From IMG/VR virus record IMGVR_UViG_3300017700_000359, positions 1-50,687 of that record: 50,687 nucleotides of DNA, one strand, 5' to 3'. The notes below the pieces were generated by a model. It did not search any database and was not told where the DNA came from. It saw only the letters and a program-made list of their open reading frames with translations. Positions 27,171-37,251 of this stretch are shown here, in pieces. Numbering within the stretch: the stretch's first letter is position 1; each line of letters starts with the position of its first letter. Made by a program: the position numbers and the translations under genes. This DNA comes from a virus. Lineage: Duplodnaviria; Caudoviricetes.

Positions 27171-28453
27171 TATCTAACTCGTCTTGCGTTGATGTATCCA
27201 TAAGCACCGTTAGTGCTTACTGTGAATGTAGACATAGCTGTTAAGTAGACCGTTGTCGTGGCAGATACGTTGACCCGACGTCGTGCTATCCCATAGCCAC
27301 CGAAGGGGGCTGCGGGAACGAAAGCGGCCATTCTATGCGACCAAGCATAGGTGCCGTCAGTAGTTGCTGAAGTTAAACTTATAGAGCCAATTATAGCAGT
27401 AATAGAAGTTGTAGCACCAGGATTGAGAATAATCATTCCTTCGACATCCCAGTCGCCTGCAGTAAGAGATATACTTGTGACGTTAGCTGTGACAGCCGTT
27501 GTAAGGGCTACTGGAGAACCTGAAGGTACTACAGATTCAATATACTCGCCGACACTGCCTGCGCTGGCATTGCCTACTGCGGTAGTGCCTACAATATTTG
27601 GAGTAGTAATAGTAGGAGAAGTACCGAAGACAGCTACACCTGTTCCAGTCTCATCTGTAAGAGCTGTCGCAAGATTGGCTGAGCTTGGGGTAGCAAGGAA
27701 TGTAGCAACACCAGTACCAAGACCAGAGATACCAGTCGAAACTGGTAGCCCAGTAAGATTGGTAGCAGTACCGCTCGCAGGAGTTCCTAGAGCACCGCCA
27801 ACGAAGTATGCAGCACCAGTACCAACTCCATCGGTAAGAGCAGCACGCAGATTAGCAGAAGAGGGTGTAGTCAAGAATGACGTGACGTTCGCCCCCATCC
27901 CCGTCACACTTGTAACAGGAAGATTGGTAGCATTAGTCAGAATAGCTACAGATGGAGTCCCTAGATTAGGAGTTACCAACGTAGGAGAAGTAGCTCTTAC
28001 TAAAGCTCCAGTACCTGTCGGAGGAGTGGCAAAGCTTGCTGTCAAAGTCCCAGTGCCAGTAACAGGGCTACCACTGACTGAGAAGTCTGCAGGAAGAGAT
28101 AATCCTACTGAAGAAACTATGTCGCCCCAGGAGACATCGTAGTCTACGTTAGTATCTTTCTTAAGCGCTTGTCCTGTGGTACCTCCAGCTGGGATGGCTT
28201 GGATGGTGCCTCCACCGATGAAATCGTTGAGATCTTGAAGACGGAGGGGAGAAGTAGGAGTGATGGGGTTAGGAAGATTGACAATACTATTGGAGTTCAT
28301 ATCCAAAGTACTTTCCATCTGGTTAGGAGCTGTTCCGTCTCTAGATAGAGTATTTTCGAAAGCAGTTTCTATAGCATCACTATTATTGTTAATAGTGGTT
28401 TCAGCCGTAGTAGCGTCTATAATACTGCCTACATTGTTTAATGTTATTTTCAT
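27170..28453 (-). CDS. Tail fibre/spike 2
   Basis: NTLSRDGT.PNQM...LDMN N-terminal anchor; Thr/Gly-rich repeats; AGSVGEYI and SLTAGDWDV distal domain. Confidence 0.8.
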   Translation of the reverse strand: MKITLNNVGSIIDATTAETTINNNSDAIETAFENTLSRDGTAPNQMESTLDMNSNSIVNLPNPITPTSPLRLQDLNDFIGGGTIQAIPAGGTTGQALKKDTNVDYDVSWGDIVSSVGLSLPADFSVSGSPVTGTGTLTASFATPPTGTGALVRATSPTLVTPNLGTPSVAILTNATNLPVTSVTGMGANVTSFLTTPSSANLRAALTDGVGTGAAYFVGGALGTPASGTATNLTGLPVSTGISGLGTGVATFLATPSSANLATALTDETGTGVAVFGTSPTITTPNIVGTTAVGNASAGSVGEYIESVVPSGSPVALTTAVTANVTSISLTAGDWDVEGMIILNPGATTSITAIIGSISLTSATTDGTYAWSHRMAAFVPAAPFGGYGIARRRVNVSATTTVYLTAMSTFTVSTNGAYGYINARRVR

Positions 28454-28455
28454 GA

Positions 28456-29256
28456 TTAACTCAACAGTGAATTCCACATAGAAGCAAAGGCATCAGCGCC
28501 TGTGGCATTCCAGTGAATGTTATCGTATCTGAATAAGGAAGTCAGACTGTCTGCGTCTGGGCCTGCCAGAACTCCGGAAGTTAGAACAGCAGCCTGTGCA
28601 CTTGTAACGGCACTAGAAGTAATACCTTGATAGTAAGATTGTTTGGCAATATACATAGGTACCGAAGTCCCAAAGGAAGTCTTACAAGAAGAAATAATAG
28701 AGTTCAGATAAGACGTACACTTTGCTTGAGCGGTTCCAAATACATTGTCGGACTCACCTTGACACCAGACGATGTAATTAGCAGAGAGACCTACTGAAGC
28801 TAAACGCGCAGCTGCTACAGCAATACGAGAGTTCTGAGAACCTCCGGAAGCATAGTCTGCGAAGCTTACTGAAGACACTCCGATTGGAACTATGATTACA
28901 CGTTGGTACTTACCGTCTGTAATCATCTTGTCTGCCAGACGTTTCATCCAACAATCCATATCGCCGCCAGCACCTGGAAGAGGTGTTCCACCTACTTGGT
29001 AGACACCTCCGTTGTAGATATCGAGAACTTCAACTTTAGCATTGACAGGGGTGAAGGATGTCTGCGCATAATTAGAGATATTACTCTGCCCTCCGCCAAC
29101 GATGACACAAGTCGTTTCACCTCCGACTAATGTGGGCAGAATCTGAGTAAGACCATCATAACCACGGTAACCGGGTTTTATAGTCATATCAGATTTAGCT
29201 TGAGCTGGCTCTATAATACGATCATAAGGATCTGGAGCTGATAGACTGGAGATCAT
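28456..29256 (-). CDS. SGNH-type sialate O-acetylesterase-like protein
   Basis: GQSN, WCQGESD, DNIHW catalytic blocks. Confidence 0.85.
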   Translation of the reverse strand: MISSLSAPDPYDRIIEPAQAKSDMTIKPGYRGYDGLTQILPTLVGGETTCVIVGGGQSNISNYAQTSFTPVNAKVEVLDIYNGGVYQVGGTPLPGAGGDMDCWMKRLADKMITDGKYQRVIIVPIGVSSVSFADYASGGSQNSRIAVAAARLASVGLSANYIVWCQGESDNVFGTAQAKCTSYLNSIISSCKTSFGTSVPMYIAKQSYYQGITSSAVTSAQAAVLTSGVLAGPDADSLTSLFRYDNIHWNATGADAFASMWNSLLS

Positions 29257-30599
29257 GCAAAGATGCTTCCAACCATACCTGCTTGGTAATCTGCAGAGGT
29301 ACCAAACCAAGTCTGAGTATCAAATCCAGCGCCTTTTTCTAGCCAAGCCATGTAGTGGTAGCCTAGAGAAGCATACCCTGTGAAGTAAGCTTTACTCACT
29401 GCAGAAGGAACAGTAGCATCTCCAACTCTCGCGAAGTCACCTGTAGTACGGCTATTGACAGCTGTGCTGTCGACACCTACGCCAGTGTAAACGATGCGAG
29501 CGGTAGTGGTGCTGTTAAGAGGAATACTAGAGACCATCAGATCAATCATTCCGCCGGTCAGACCAGCAACGTACTGAACTTTGTTGGCAGCATTGGCATT
29601 CGCTTGGCGATAAGTCGCTGTTGAATAGTTCCAGCTTGCTGTCAGTTCTTGACGGACAAAGGTTCTCTTAGATTGATTGTAAGCATTAAATACAAACCTA
29701 TTGACAGTGCTGTCTTCGGTCTGTCCATTAGCGGTAGTTCGTAGCGTACCTACGTAGGTTGCCTGGTTAGCAGGCACTGTAGTAGTGTCGGTAGAACCGC
29801 TTCCCCATCTAATCAGTGTAGCATTCTTATTAGTAAACAAACCATTGATAAGTTGGAGCTCTGTACTTCCTAATCCCGTACCCCTTGCAGTGTCAGAACC
29901 AGCAACAGCACCAGCAGTCCAATCAGGACCTGTGCCAAGGCGGATAGTGCCTGCATTATTGAATACAAAGAGATCGAAGTTCTTGTTAGCGGCATGGTAA
30001 TTGGTGTGGCTTCCGTTAGAGTCTAAAGCCAGAGTAAGCTCGGTAAACGTCGTGGGAACCATGACAGTCCCACTGTATATAGGAATTTGATTTCCTTGGG
30101 AGAAGGTGTAGTAGATTGAAGTCGCGCCTGTGACATCTGCAGTAGTAACTGCTGTGCCTGATGTCAGTGTAAGCCTACCCAGCGGAGAAGTCGCTATGAT
30201 GACATCGCCAGTTTGACTGTTAACGCCTGTGACAGAGCTGGGAGGGGGAGTAGGTATTGTCTGCCAAGAGTCGTCGTAATCAGTATTACTATTCTTAGTA
30301 AGAACCTGTCCGGTAGTACCACCAACAGGGACTGCATTGAAAGTAACAACACCTCCTGTAGCATAGTCAGCTAGATCTTGTAAACGAACAGGCTCATCAG
30401 CTGAAGCTGCCGAGGGAAGATTAAGAATTCTATTACCATTCATATCGAGATTGGCACCCATCTGATTAGGAGAAGTGCCATCCCGAGATAGTGTGTTTTC
30501 CATTGCTACCTCTATGGCAGCATTATTATTGTTAATAGCGTTAACCGCAGTTGTTTCATTCTGGAGGTTAACTAGATCGGTCAACGTTATTTTTGCCAT
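29253..30599 (-). CDS. Tail fibre/spike 1
   Basis: Same N-terminal anchor as fibre 2; GRLTLTSG.AV..D beta-rich body. Confidence 0.8.
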   Translation of the reverse strand: MAKITLTDLVNLQNETTAVNAINNNNAAIEVAMENTLSRDGTSPNQMGANLDMNGNRILNLPSAASADEPVRLQDLADYATGGVVTFNAVPVGGTTGQVLTKNSNTDYDDSWQTIPTPPPSSVTGVNSQTGDVIIATSPLGRLTLTSGTAVTTADVTGATSIYYTFSQGNQIPIYSGTVMVPTTFTELTLALDSNGSHTNYHAANKNFDLFVFNNAGTIRLGTGPDWTAGAVAGSDTARGTGLGSTELQLINGLFTNKNATLIRWGSGSTDTTTVPANQATYVGTLRTTANGQTEDSTVNRFVFNAYNQSKRTFVRQELTASWNYSTATYRQANANAANKVQYVAGLTGGMIDLMVSSIPLNSTTTARIVYTGVGVDSTAVNSRTTGDFARVGDATVPSAVSKAYFTGYASLGYHYMAWLEKGAGFDTQTWFGTSADYQAGMVGSIFA

Positions 30600-30856
30600 T
30601 AGCTTGCCGTAGTAATAGCAACCCAGTTCGTTGTACCATTATTGATGTACAGACGAGTAGCGGTTGTAGAACCAGTTAGATTGAGGTATAGAGAGCCCTT
30701 GATTGCAGAGAAAGTGGGAGCACCTGTGCCTGCAGTGACTGACGGCTGTGTTGCAGCTGGGATCGCGACGTTAGTCATCGAGTCCCAAGCAATCGTAAGC
30801 CCGTCGTTGAGCATCTGATTGCCGGTTAGATCTAGAGTTTTATTAGAAATTACCAT
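30599..30856 (-). CDS. Small virion structural protein
   Basis: GTGAPT.SA.KGSLYL....RLYINN....W fibre-like motif. Confidence 0.65.
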   Translation of the reverse strand: MVISNKTLDLTGNQMLNDGLTIAWDSMTNVAIPAATQPSVTAGTGAPTFSAIKGSLYLNLTGSTTATRLYINNGTTNWVAITTAS

Positions 30857-30870
30857 TTGTTTTCCTTATG

Positions 30871-30895
30871 AAAAAGGGGAGGGGTTAGCCTCCCC
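30871..30895 (-). terminator. Terminator after the capsid/decoration genes
   Basis: GGGGAGG/CCTCCCC stem with a T5 tail on the - strand. Confidence 0.8.
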
Positions 30896-30902
30896 GAGTT
30901 CA

Positions 30903-31418
30903 TTACTGAGTGATCGTACCGATACCGCGATAGCGAATCCGAACCTTCACGGAGCCTGCAGTATGCGTACCAACTGTCGTAGCAGTGATATACGCAAACC
31001 CATCAGGGAATGAAGTCGTGGTTCCAACAATACCACCGGTGAAGATAGTGTTGTTGTAACCAGCCACTAGCGTTGCGTCGACAATGACAGCAGCACCCGT
31101 GGAAAGGTTAAGATTAGAGATAGCAGTCGTGCGGTCTGCACGCATAGTACCGAAGCCAATGTTAGTACCACCTGCGAAGGCAGTCTCAACCGAGTAGTTT
31201 ACACTCTCGATGAAAACACCCGTAGGAAGCATCGTGGTGTTACCCATGATGTAGGTACCCGCAGTAGCGAGGGGTTGTCCAGTAGCGACGTTAGCCGTGA
31301 ATTCAATATCACGCCATTCGCCGAGGGACATGAAGTCTCCCATCGTAGTAGGAACAGCTTTCGATGTTCCGTACTGGATGAAGAGACCGTCGTTGTTAAG
31401 CCAATTTCCACCAACCAT
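30903..31418 (-). CDS. Capsid-associated (decoration/minor head) protein
   Basis: W.N.DGL...YG start, beta-rich; directly after the capsid gene and before its terminator. Confidence 0.6.
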   Translation of the reverse strand: MVGGNWLNNDGLFIQYGTSKAVPTTMGDFMSLGEWRDIEFTANVATGQPLATAGTYIMGNTTMLPTGVFIESVNYSVETAFAGGTNIGFGTMRADRTTAISNLNLSTGAAVIVDATLVAGYNNTIFTGGIVGTTTSFPDGFAYITATTVGTHTAGSVKVRIRYRGIGTITQ

Positions 31419-31433
31419 GTTATATCCTTTCTA

Positions 31434-32393
31434 TTAGGCAGGCACAACAGAGGTGCTGGTGAGGACGGTGACCATATTCTCCGGCCGATAGAGCTTGAAG
31501 CCCCATTCAGCAATCGTCAGATACTCAGTCTGCTGCAGGTCCTTATTGAACTCGCTGTAGACGGTAGGCATCTGGCGGAAGCCACCAACCCAAGGACACG
31601 TGTCGCCTGGGGTTGCGGAGAAGAAGTAGTTGGCCACGCCGTTGGTAACAGCCACAGCGGAGACGGTTTCGGAGATACCACCGGGAAGGTAGTTCGATAC
31701 GTAGACGTCAAAGCCAAAGATGTTGAAACGGAACTTAAAGCCGGTAACGAGACCTTCATTGGAAACCGAACCCCACATTTGCTGCGGAGAAAGAAGGTTT
31801 ACCATGTTAGCCTGAGTAGCCAGCGTGTAGGCAACCGAGGGGTCAACGACCGCAACCAGATTCGTCAGAGGAACGTTAGCCTTTTGAAGGGCGAACTGTG
31901 CCTTGGCGAAATCCTGAATGGTAAGCGATTGGCCTGCGCCGCCTGCTACCCATCTGTGGGATGCCGTGTTGATCGTGTTGGGGTTAGATGCAGTTTGTCC
32001 AGCATTCGCCTTAGCGAAGATGTTAGTTTCAACCGCTTCCATAAGCGCACGATGTTCTCTGGGCAAGAATGCCGAGATTACATCAGAGCTGTAATAGCTG
32101 TCACGCTTGAATTTCTCGGAGATTGCGTTAGCTGAGTACTTGTAGTTATCGAACGAAAACTGGAAGTTACCAGTGTCCATCTGATTATACTTGATTGCCA
32201 TATTCTCATTGAAGTCGGCAACTTCAGCTTCACCAATCGACGGGATATTAACCGTGTAGCCATCCGGGAAGTCCTGGATGATACGGACAAACTTCATAGC
32301 AACCAATTCATCGAGCAGAAGCTCTTTGAGTTGGCGTGACCAGAGCTGAGTGCGAATCAGATGCTGGTTGTTGGCAGATGTAAAGCCAGCCAT
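31434..32393 (-). CDS. Major capsid protein
   Basis: LIRTQLWS..L, FPDG.TVNIPSIG, IFGFDVYVSN, GFKLYRPEN; follows the scaffold. Confidence 0.92.
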   Translation of the reverse strand: MAGFTSANNQHLIRTQLWSRQLKELLLDELVAMKFVRIIQDFPDGYTVNIPSIGEAEVADFNENMAIKYNQMDTGNFQFSFDNYKYSANAISEKFKRDSYYSSDVISAFLPREHRALMEAVETNIFAKANAGQTASNPNTINTASHRWVAGGAGQSLTIQDFAKAQFALQKANVPLTNLVAVVDPSVAYTLATQANMVNLLSPQQMWGSVSNEGLVTGFKFRFNIFGFDVYVSNYLPGGISETVSAVAVTNGVANYFFSATPGDTCPWVGGFRQMPTVYSEFNKDLQQTEYLTIAEWGFKLYRPENMVTVLTSTSVVPA

Positions 32394-32410
32394 TAGTTTG
32401 TAGTCCTGTG

Positions 32411-33151
32411 TTAGTCCTCAGGCATTCCGAAGCGTTCACCTAGGGCGATTGCGTCTTCGTGCATTTGGACGGCGATTTTGGGATCGAGATACATCCTAGG
32501 ATTACTCTTCTTCATCTCCTGGTAGTAATTCCAGTCGCGTACTGTCTGCTTGGGAGCAAACGAAGAGGGGCGGACGTTGCTACGAGGTGGAGCCCTGAAG
32601 GCATCCTGGTGTTGCTCTTCCAAACCGAATGTCTTAAAGAAGACAGTAGGATGGTTGCGAGCAAGCTCGTCTGCAAATTCCTGAGTTAATCCGAGTTCTT
32701 CTCGGCGTTGTTTAAGAACTTCTTGGTGGTTATCACCGAGACGTTCCCTTAGAGTGGCCTTGACTGTATTGAAGTTGTTTTCCTGCTTACGCTGAAGGTC
32801 TACTTCAGAAAGCTTCTTTTGGACTATCGCTTCGATATCTTCAGGCTTAAACGACGGCTGCTGGTTATCATCCCTTTGTTGGTTCTGCTGGGAATTGTTA
32901 GCCTGTCCTTCTCCACGTTTCTCTAGACGGTCAATGAGATCTTGGAGTTGGGCCTTCGCTTTGGACTCTTCCATCAGTTGTAGATGATCCTTGGTTAGGT
33001 CATCCATACGCGATGTGAGGGTCTTAATGTAAAGATCGGACTCGACTTTAGCGGCGAGTACTTCTTCGGGGGTTTTGGCCTTCCACTTTTCGAGGAGGGC
33101 TGTGCGGTCTGCGTTGTCGTCTGGGTCATTATTGAATAGGCTGTCGGCCAT
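32411..33151 (-). CDS. Capsid scaffolding protein
   Basis: Acidic coiled coil, KVESDLYIKTL; between portal and capsid; start refined to MADSLF. Confidence 0.8.
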   Translation of the reverse strand: MADSLFNNDPDDNADRTALLEKWKAKTPEEVLAAKVESDLYIKTLTSRMDDLTKDHLQLMEESKAKAQLQDLIDRLEKRGEGQANNSQQNQQRDDNQQPSFKPEDIEAIVQKKLSEVDLQRKQENNFNTVKATLRERLGDNHQEVLKQRREELGLTQEFADELARNHPTVFFKTFGLEEQHQDAFRAPPRSNVRPSSFAPKQTVRDWNYYQEMKKSNPRMYLDPKIAVQMHEDAIALGERFGMPED

Positions 33152-33410
33152 TATATTCCTTGGGGTCAATGTATATTAGGTTGCTCACCATCTTTAATGC
33201 TGCCTTAAAGCCATTGCCATAAGCGCATCTGTAGTCCCAATTGGGTGAGTCAAATATCTTGGGACTGATTTCGGCGGCGTCCAGGGAGTTCTTTTCTTCG
33301 TCTAGAAGTTCCTGCAGACGCTCTAAGATAACTCTGCTTGACAGCAGGTGTCTCTTGAATTTGTCCTGGTCATCCTGTGATGACAGGTTTTTGGTCCATG
33401 CTGAGATCAT
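33129..33410 (-). CDS. Hypothetical head-module protein
   Basis: FDSPNWDY..AY.NG; position after the portal. Confidence 0.75.
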   Translation of the reverse strand: MISAWTKNLSSQDDQDKFKRHLLSSRVILERLQELLDEEKNSLDAAEISPKIFDSPNWDYRCAYGNGFKAALKMVSNLIYIDPKEYNGRQPIQ

Positions 33411-33529
33411 CAGTGTCCTCGGTAACCCTTGACCTTCTTGTCTTTCTTCTTGTCTTTAGAAGAGCCTTCTTTGATGCCCTTCTTGCGATCCTTGGCGTGA
33501 TCCTTTTTCATTGCCATCGGCATTGCCAT
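33410..33529 (-). CDS. Small very basic protein (39 aa)
   Basis: MAMPMAMKKDHAKDRKKGIKEGSSKDKKKDKKVKGYRGH; AAGGA RBS; stop overlaps the next start. Confidence 0.55.
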   Translation of the reverse strand: MAMPMAMKKDHAKDRKKGIKEGSSKDKKKDKKVKGYRGH

Positions 33530-33533
33530 GTTA

Positions 33534-35360
33534 TTATCCTTGTGCTAGTGGATCCGCGGAAGACTGCGCCGGTGGTGAGAAGTTGCCAGCACCGTCAACA
33601 TCATAGTCAGCTCCCATGCCTGTCGCTGTGCCCATCTCTTGATGGAGCTGTTCTTGCATAGCTTGGACATACCGCTGGGCGTCTGCTTGTTCGGCGAGAT
33701 TGATGTATGGAGTAACAACACCATAATCTTTAAGGTCGAAAGTATTCTCAAGGACCTTAGCAAGAACAATGCCTGAGAAGTGCGGCTGCACGACGGGCCA
33801 GAGGCCAGAGCCTGTGAGAGCTGTAAGGTTCTGGACCAGCTCAGCTTGTTCTGCAAAATGTCGAGCTCCAACTGGTTTAATTCTTCCCATACCTGTGATG
33901 TCGTCGACAGTGAGATTCTGAAACGTAACGGTTTGGAATTCGTCATCAAATACTTTAATAGAGGTTGAACCGCTCATGTTGCGGCGGGCTAGTTCGAGCA
34001 TATAGTTAAGGAGCTGTTCCAGCAGCTCGGAGAACTGGAAGATCTTATTTTGGAAGAGTCGCGAGCTAGCGTTCTGAAGCTGTTGAACTTCATACTTGGT
34101 TTTTTCGCCTGGGCTACGTATGCCCATTGCTTCTCTAGGCGCACCCGCCATCTCTTCCATCAGCATCTGAAGCTTTTCAACCTTCATGTCAGACTGGAAG
34201 ATATTGACATCCGGTTGAACGAGCTCTACATCTCCTTCTTCAGAGACGAATATCTTCTCACCTGGTTGCCACGTGAATTCTTCTACGAATCCCTTTACCT
34301 TTTGGACAGGATATGTAACCAGGTCCCAGATGTCTGCTGCCATATTCTCGATATGATCGAGACGGTATTGCATACCAACTAGATTAGCTAGTGGACCCAT
34401 GCCCCAGAGGTTGTCCTGCTTACGACGCCACGGAGAGTGGACGATTGGAGGATAGCCAAAGAAGGAAGCATTGGGTTCGTTGCTGATAAGCTTGTGCCTA
34501 TCTACAACAGTGATGACACGGTTCTTTTCGAACGTGTCTTCGTAAGGATCATACCAATCACCGTAGAAGGTTAGGACTTCACAGTAATCAGATTGTAGGT
34601 AAGCACGATAGCTAGTGAAGCCATCCATTGCATAGAGATTGTCCTTCTGCTGCCAGTCCGCTGAGGACTCACGAGCATGGAAGCGGATCTCTTTGAGATA
34701 GTTATATAGGTCTTCGTAGGTCTGACGATTCTCATCGTTAGACATCTTAGCCAGCATCTCCTTCAGCTCTCCAAGGGAAATCACCGAACGGATGATCTTA
34801 GGAGAAGACGTGAAGCTTTCAGCTGTGGGATTGAAGACGATGTCTAGAGGAGAGATACGACGAATGGCAGGACCGACGTAACCGACTTGAGTACGACCAC
34901 GCTGTTCTACACGCTGGTCTACCCACTCTACAGTGGCAAAGCAGTTTCCGAAGTCGATGTAGTCTTGAACGACCTTCTCCATCTCGGACTTAAACTCGGG
35001 CTGTTCGATAGCCCAGGACATGTAATTGACGATAGCATCGCGCTTGGCGACATCATTACTGTCTTTGTCGTTAGCTTCCCAGACAAGCCATTTACGCTTA
35101 GGAAAGAGAGTCGCGATATAGTTCGCGAAGAGGTTGTCTCGGATTTGACAGAGCTTCGGGATTGTGGTTTTGTTCTTCCACGGAAGAGAAGCATTCGAAG
35201 TCTGTGAAGTATCTGTTGCATAGACATAACGGCGGACTTCTTCCCAATCGTTCTTAGCGACCTGACGCATACCATCCCACGTAATGAAACGTTCGGTGAT
35301 ACGAGTAGCGAGCAGATCCGGTGATATGACGTTCTCTAACGCAAGTACCTTACCGGTCAT
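33534..35360 (-). CDS. Portal protein
   Basis: 608 aa after the terminase; PWKNKTT.PKLCQIRDNL, RISPLDIVFNP, GIRSPGEKT..EVQ. Confidence 0.9.
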   Translation of the reverse strand: MTGKVLALENVISPDLLATRITERFITWDGMRQVAKNDWEEVRRYVYATDTSQTSNASLPWKNKTTIPKLCQIRDNLFANYIATLFPKRKWLVWEANDKDSNDVAKRDAIVNYMSWAIEQPEFKSEMEKVVQDYIDFGNCFATVEWVDQRVEQRGRTQVGYVGPAIRRISPLDIVFNPTAESFTSSPKIIRSVISLGELKEMLAKMSNDENRQTYEDLYNYLKEIRFHARESSADWQQKDNLYAMDGFTSYRAYLQSDYCEVLTFYGDWYDPYEDTFEKNRVITVVDRHKLISNEPNASFFGYPPIVHSPWRRKQDNLWGMGPLANLVGMQYRLDHIENMAADIWDLVTYPVQKVKGFVEEFTWQPGEKIFVSEEGDVELVQPDVNIFQSDMKVEKLQMLMEEMAGAPREAMGIRSPGEKTKYEVQQLQNASSRLFQNKIFQFSELLEQLLNYMLELARRNMSGSTSIKVFDDEFQTVTFQNLTVDDITGMGRIKPVGARHFAEQAELVQNLTALTGSGLWPVVQPHFSGIVLAKVLENTFDLKDYGVVTPYINLAEQADAQRYVQAMQEQLHQEMGTATGMGADYDVDGAGNFSPPAQSSADPLAQG

Positions 35361-36937
35361 GCGACGCCTCCCCAGCGGGAGTTATATGTAAAAGCAGGCA
35401 ATGCTTGTTTTCTCATTCTGAGGTAGTTCATAGGAGGGACAGCAAAATCGATAGCAGAAGCTAGTGCGTCTTTGACGTCATCATGGGCGGGATTAGTAAA
35501 TATAAGCTCTTCTTCGAGGATCTGAGTATTACCAGAAGGGTAGTGCCAGATCTGGCCGTTAGCATATCGAGGCTCTAGGACAGCAAGGATGCGTTCCTCT
35601 TTAGTGCCTTCCCTTACTGTGGGACGGAACTCGTCGACTGATAGACTGAGGCCGTATGGGCGAATGTAGTTGTCCTTTAGATCCTTTACGATAACCTTCT
35701 GTGCCACCGAGACTTCGCATCTGATACGTCTGAACCCCCAATAGTTGTGGAGCTTAAGGATGTGATTAAAATACTCCGAGATCTTATCAGTCTTGAACCG
35801 ATCGATCTCTAGGATGTAGTAGTTGTTGCTACTGTCTGTTCCAATGACGACGATGCTTGTGCTGTCAGCTCCTTTTGTAGTGCTGTAAGCGAAGTCGACT
35901 GCTGCACAGACATTGAGAGGTTCTCCTTTGAAATACCATCGAAAGTCCCGCTTCGTGAGATGGGAGACTTCGTAGTATTGGAAGAGGCTGCGATCAATTG
36001 GAGAGCTGTCGGAGTCGTGAGGATCGTTGTAATATTGGGCACGGAAATGGACCTGGTTTAAGTACTGAGACTTCTTTGTACGTAGAATGCCGTCATCAAA
36101 GCCAAACCACTTACCATCAGAACGCTGTTGACGCGGCCAAAGAAACTGACCAGTACCGTCTCCAGCTGACTCGACTGGGTATTCTTTGGTATCGAAGAGA
36201 TCGACTGTTTTATTGACATTGCCTAACTCATCATAAAAAGGAATCTTCATCCCAAGTAGATCAGCATAAAGATCAAGAGGATGGTAGCGCGTACCAACAA
36301 CCCATTCACGAGCGTTGACACTTTCGATCGAGGAAAGATAGCCATACTGGTCTCTTACTCGCTGTCTACCGTCTTCAGTATAAGCGTTTCCTGTGACGAC
36401 AACGTCATCGAGGACAGCAATATCGCAATGCATTCCGATGATATTACTAGTAAGACCAGCAGTGAAGATGCTTGGGTCGCGAATAGACTCTGCACGACGT
36501 CGGGGGTCATCGAGTGATATTTCCCTTTCAGTCCACTTCTCGCGCTTGGCTTCTTCCTTGTTGACCATCTCAGGCCAATACAGACGGTAAGTATCGTCTG
36601 TGAAGATATCCTTTATGAACTTAAGCTGCTTGGTTGCTAGATTAGACGTCGACGAGATGTATAGAACTCTTAGAGTCGGGTCTTTAGTTAGTTCCCATGC
36701 CACACGGTAGGCAATCAGCGCCGACTTCATGTGGTCTCGAGGCAGAAGAAGCAACTGGTGTGACTTCGCGCCGTTGCTGGTCCACCATGAAATTACTTCC
36801 CTGTGAATGTTTCCTAGCAGACGTTTCGGATGTACGAGATTTATGAACTCTTCGAGAGAAGACTCGGCTAGTTCTCTTCGTTCCGCGCGCAGTTGTTCTA
36901 CTTCGGATTTCTTTGGTCTCCCGACTTTACCAGCCAT
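35357..36937 (-). CDS. Terminase large subunit
   Basis: LLPRDHMKS Walker A variant, VLDDVV Walker B, GTRYH, VDFA and HDDVKDA nuclease motifs. Confidence 0.93.
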   Translation of the reverse strand: MAGKVGRPKKSEVEQLRAERRELAESSLEEFINLVHPKRLLGNIHREVISWWTSNGAKSHQLLLLPRDHMKSALIAYRVAWELTKDPTLRVLYISSTSNLATKQLKFIKDIFTDDTYRLYWPEMVNKEEAKREKWTEREISLDDPRRRAESIRDPSIFTAGLTSNIIGMHCDIAVLDDVVVTGNAYTEDGRQRVRDQYGYLSSIESVNAREWVVGTRYHPLDLYADLLGMKIPFYDELGNVNKTVDLFDTKEYPVESAGDGTGQFLWPRQQRSDGKWFGFDDGILRTKKSQYLNQVHFRAQYYNDPHDSDSSPIDRSLFQYYEVSHLTKRDFRWYFKGEPLNVCAAVDFAYSTTKGADSTSIVVIGTDSSNNYYILEIDRFKTDKISEYFNHILKLHNYWGFRRIRCEVSVAQKVIVKDLKDNYIRPYGLSLSVDEFRPTVREGTKEERILAVLEPRYANGQIWHYPSGNTQILEEELIFTNPAHDDVKDALASAIDFAVPPMNYLRMRKQALPAFTYNSRWGGVA

Positions 36938-37251
36938 CAGGCTAACACGCCTGCAACAACCGTGACATACCTAGCTCCATTAGGAGCAGTAGCCCCCACA
37001 GGAGTAGTAGGAGCAGCATTAGTCGAAACATTCATTGCTCCACAGGCATGATATATACCGACAGGATTAGCTTCTGCAGTAGCGTTAACGATGTTTATCG
37101 CCCCGCTTGGATGATTCCAGCCTTGGGGAGTAGTCAGACTACCACCTGTGACTTGAAAACAATTAAAGCTGCCATCAGCCGCGTATTTGCCTACGTAAGT
37201 AAGACCGTCGACTATAGTTATATTCCAAGAGCCATCTGCGGCGGTTGTCAT
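36937..37251 (-). CDS. Hypothetical protein (possibly virion-associated)
   Basis: Internal AADGS.N repeats. Confidence 0.65.
   Translation of the reverse strand: MTTAADGSWNITIVDGLTYVGKYAADGSFNCFQVTGGSLTTPQGWNHPSGAINIVNATAEANPVGIYHACGAMNVSTNAAPTTPVGATAPNGARYVTVVAGVLA

Noticed and set aside
27351-28142. 263 aa plus-strand ORF
   Set aside because: Antisense shadow of the Thr/Gly-rich tail fibre gene.
31275-32135. 286 aa plus-strand ORF
   Set aside because: Antisense to the capsid gene; no independent evidence.
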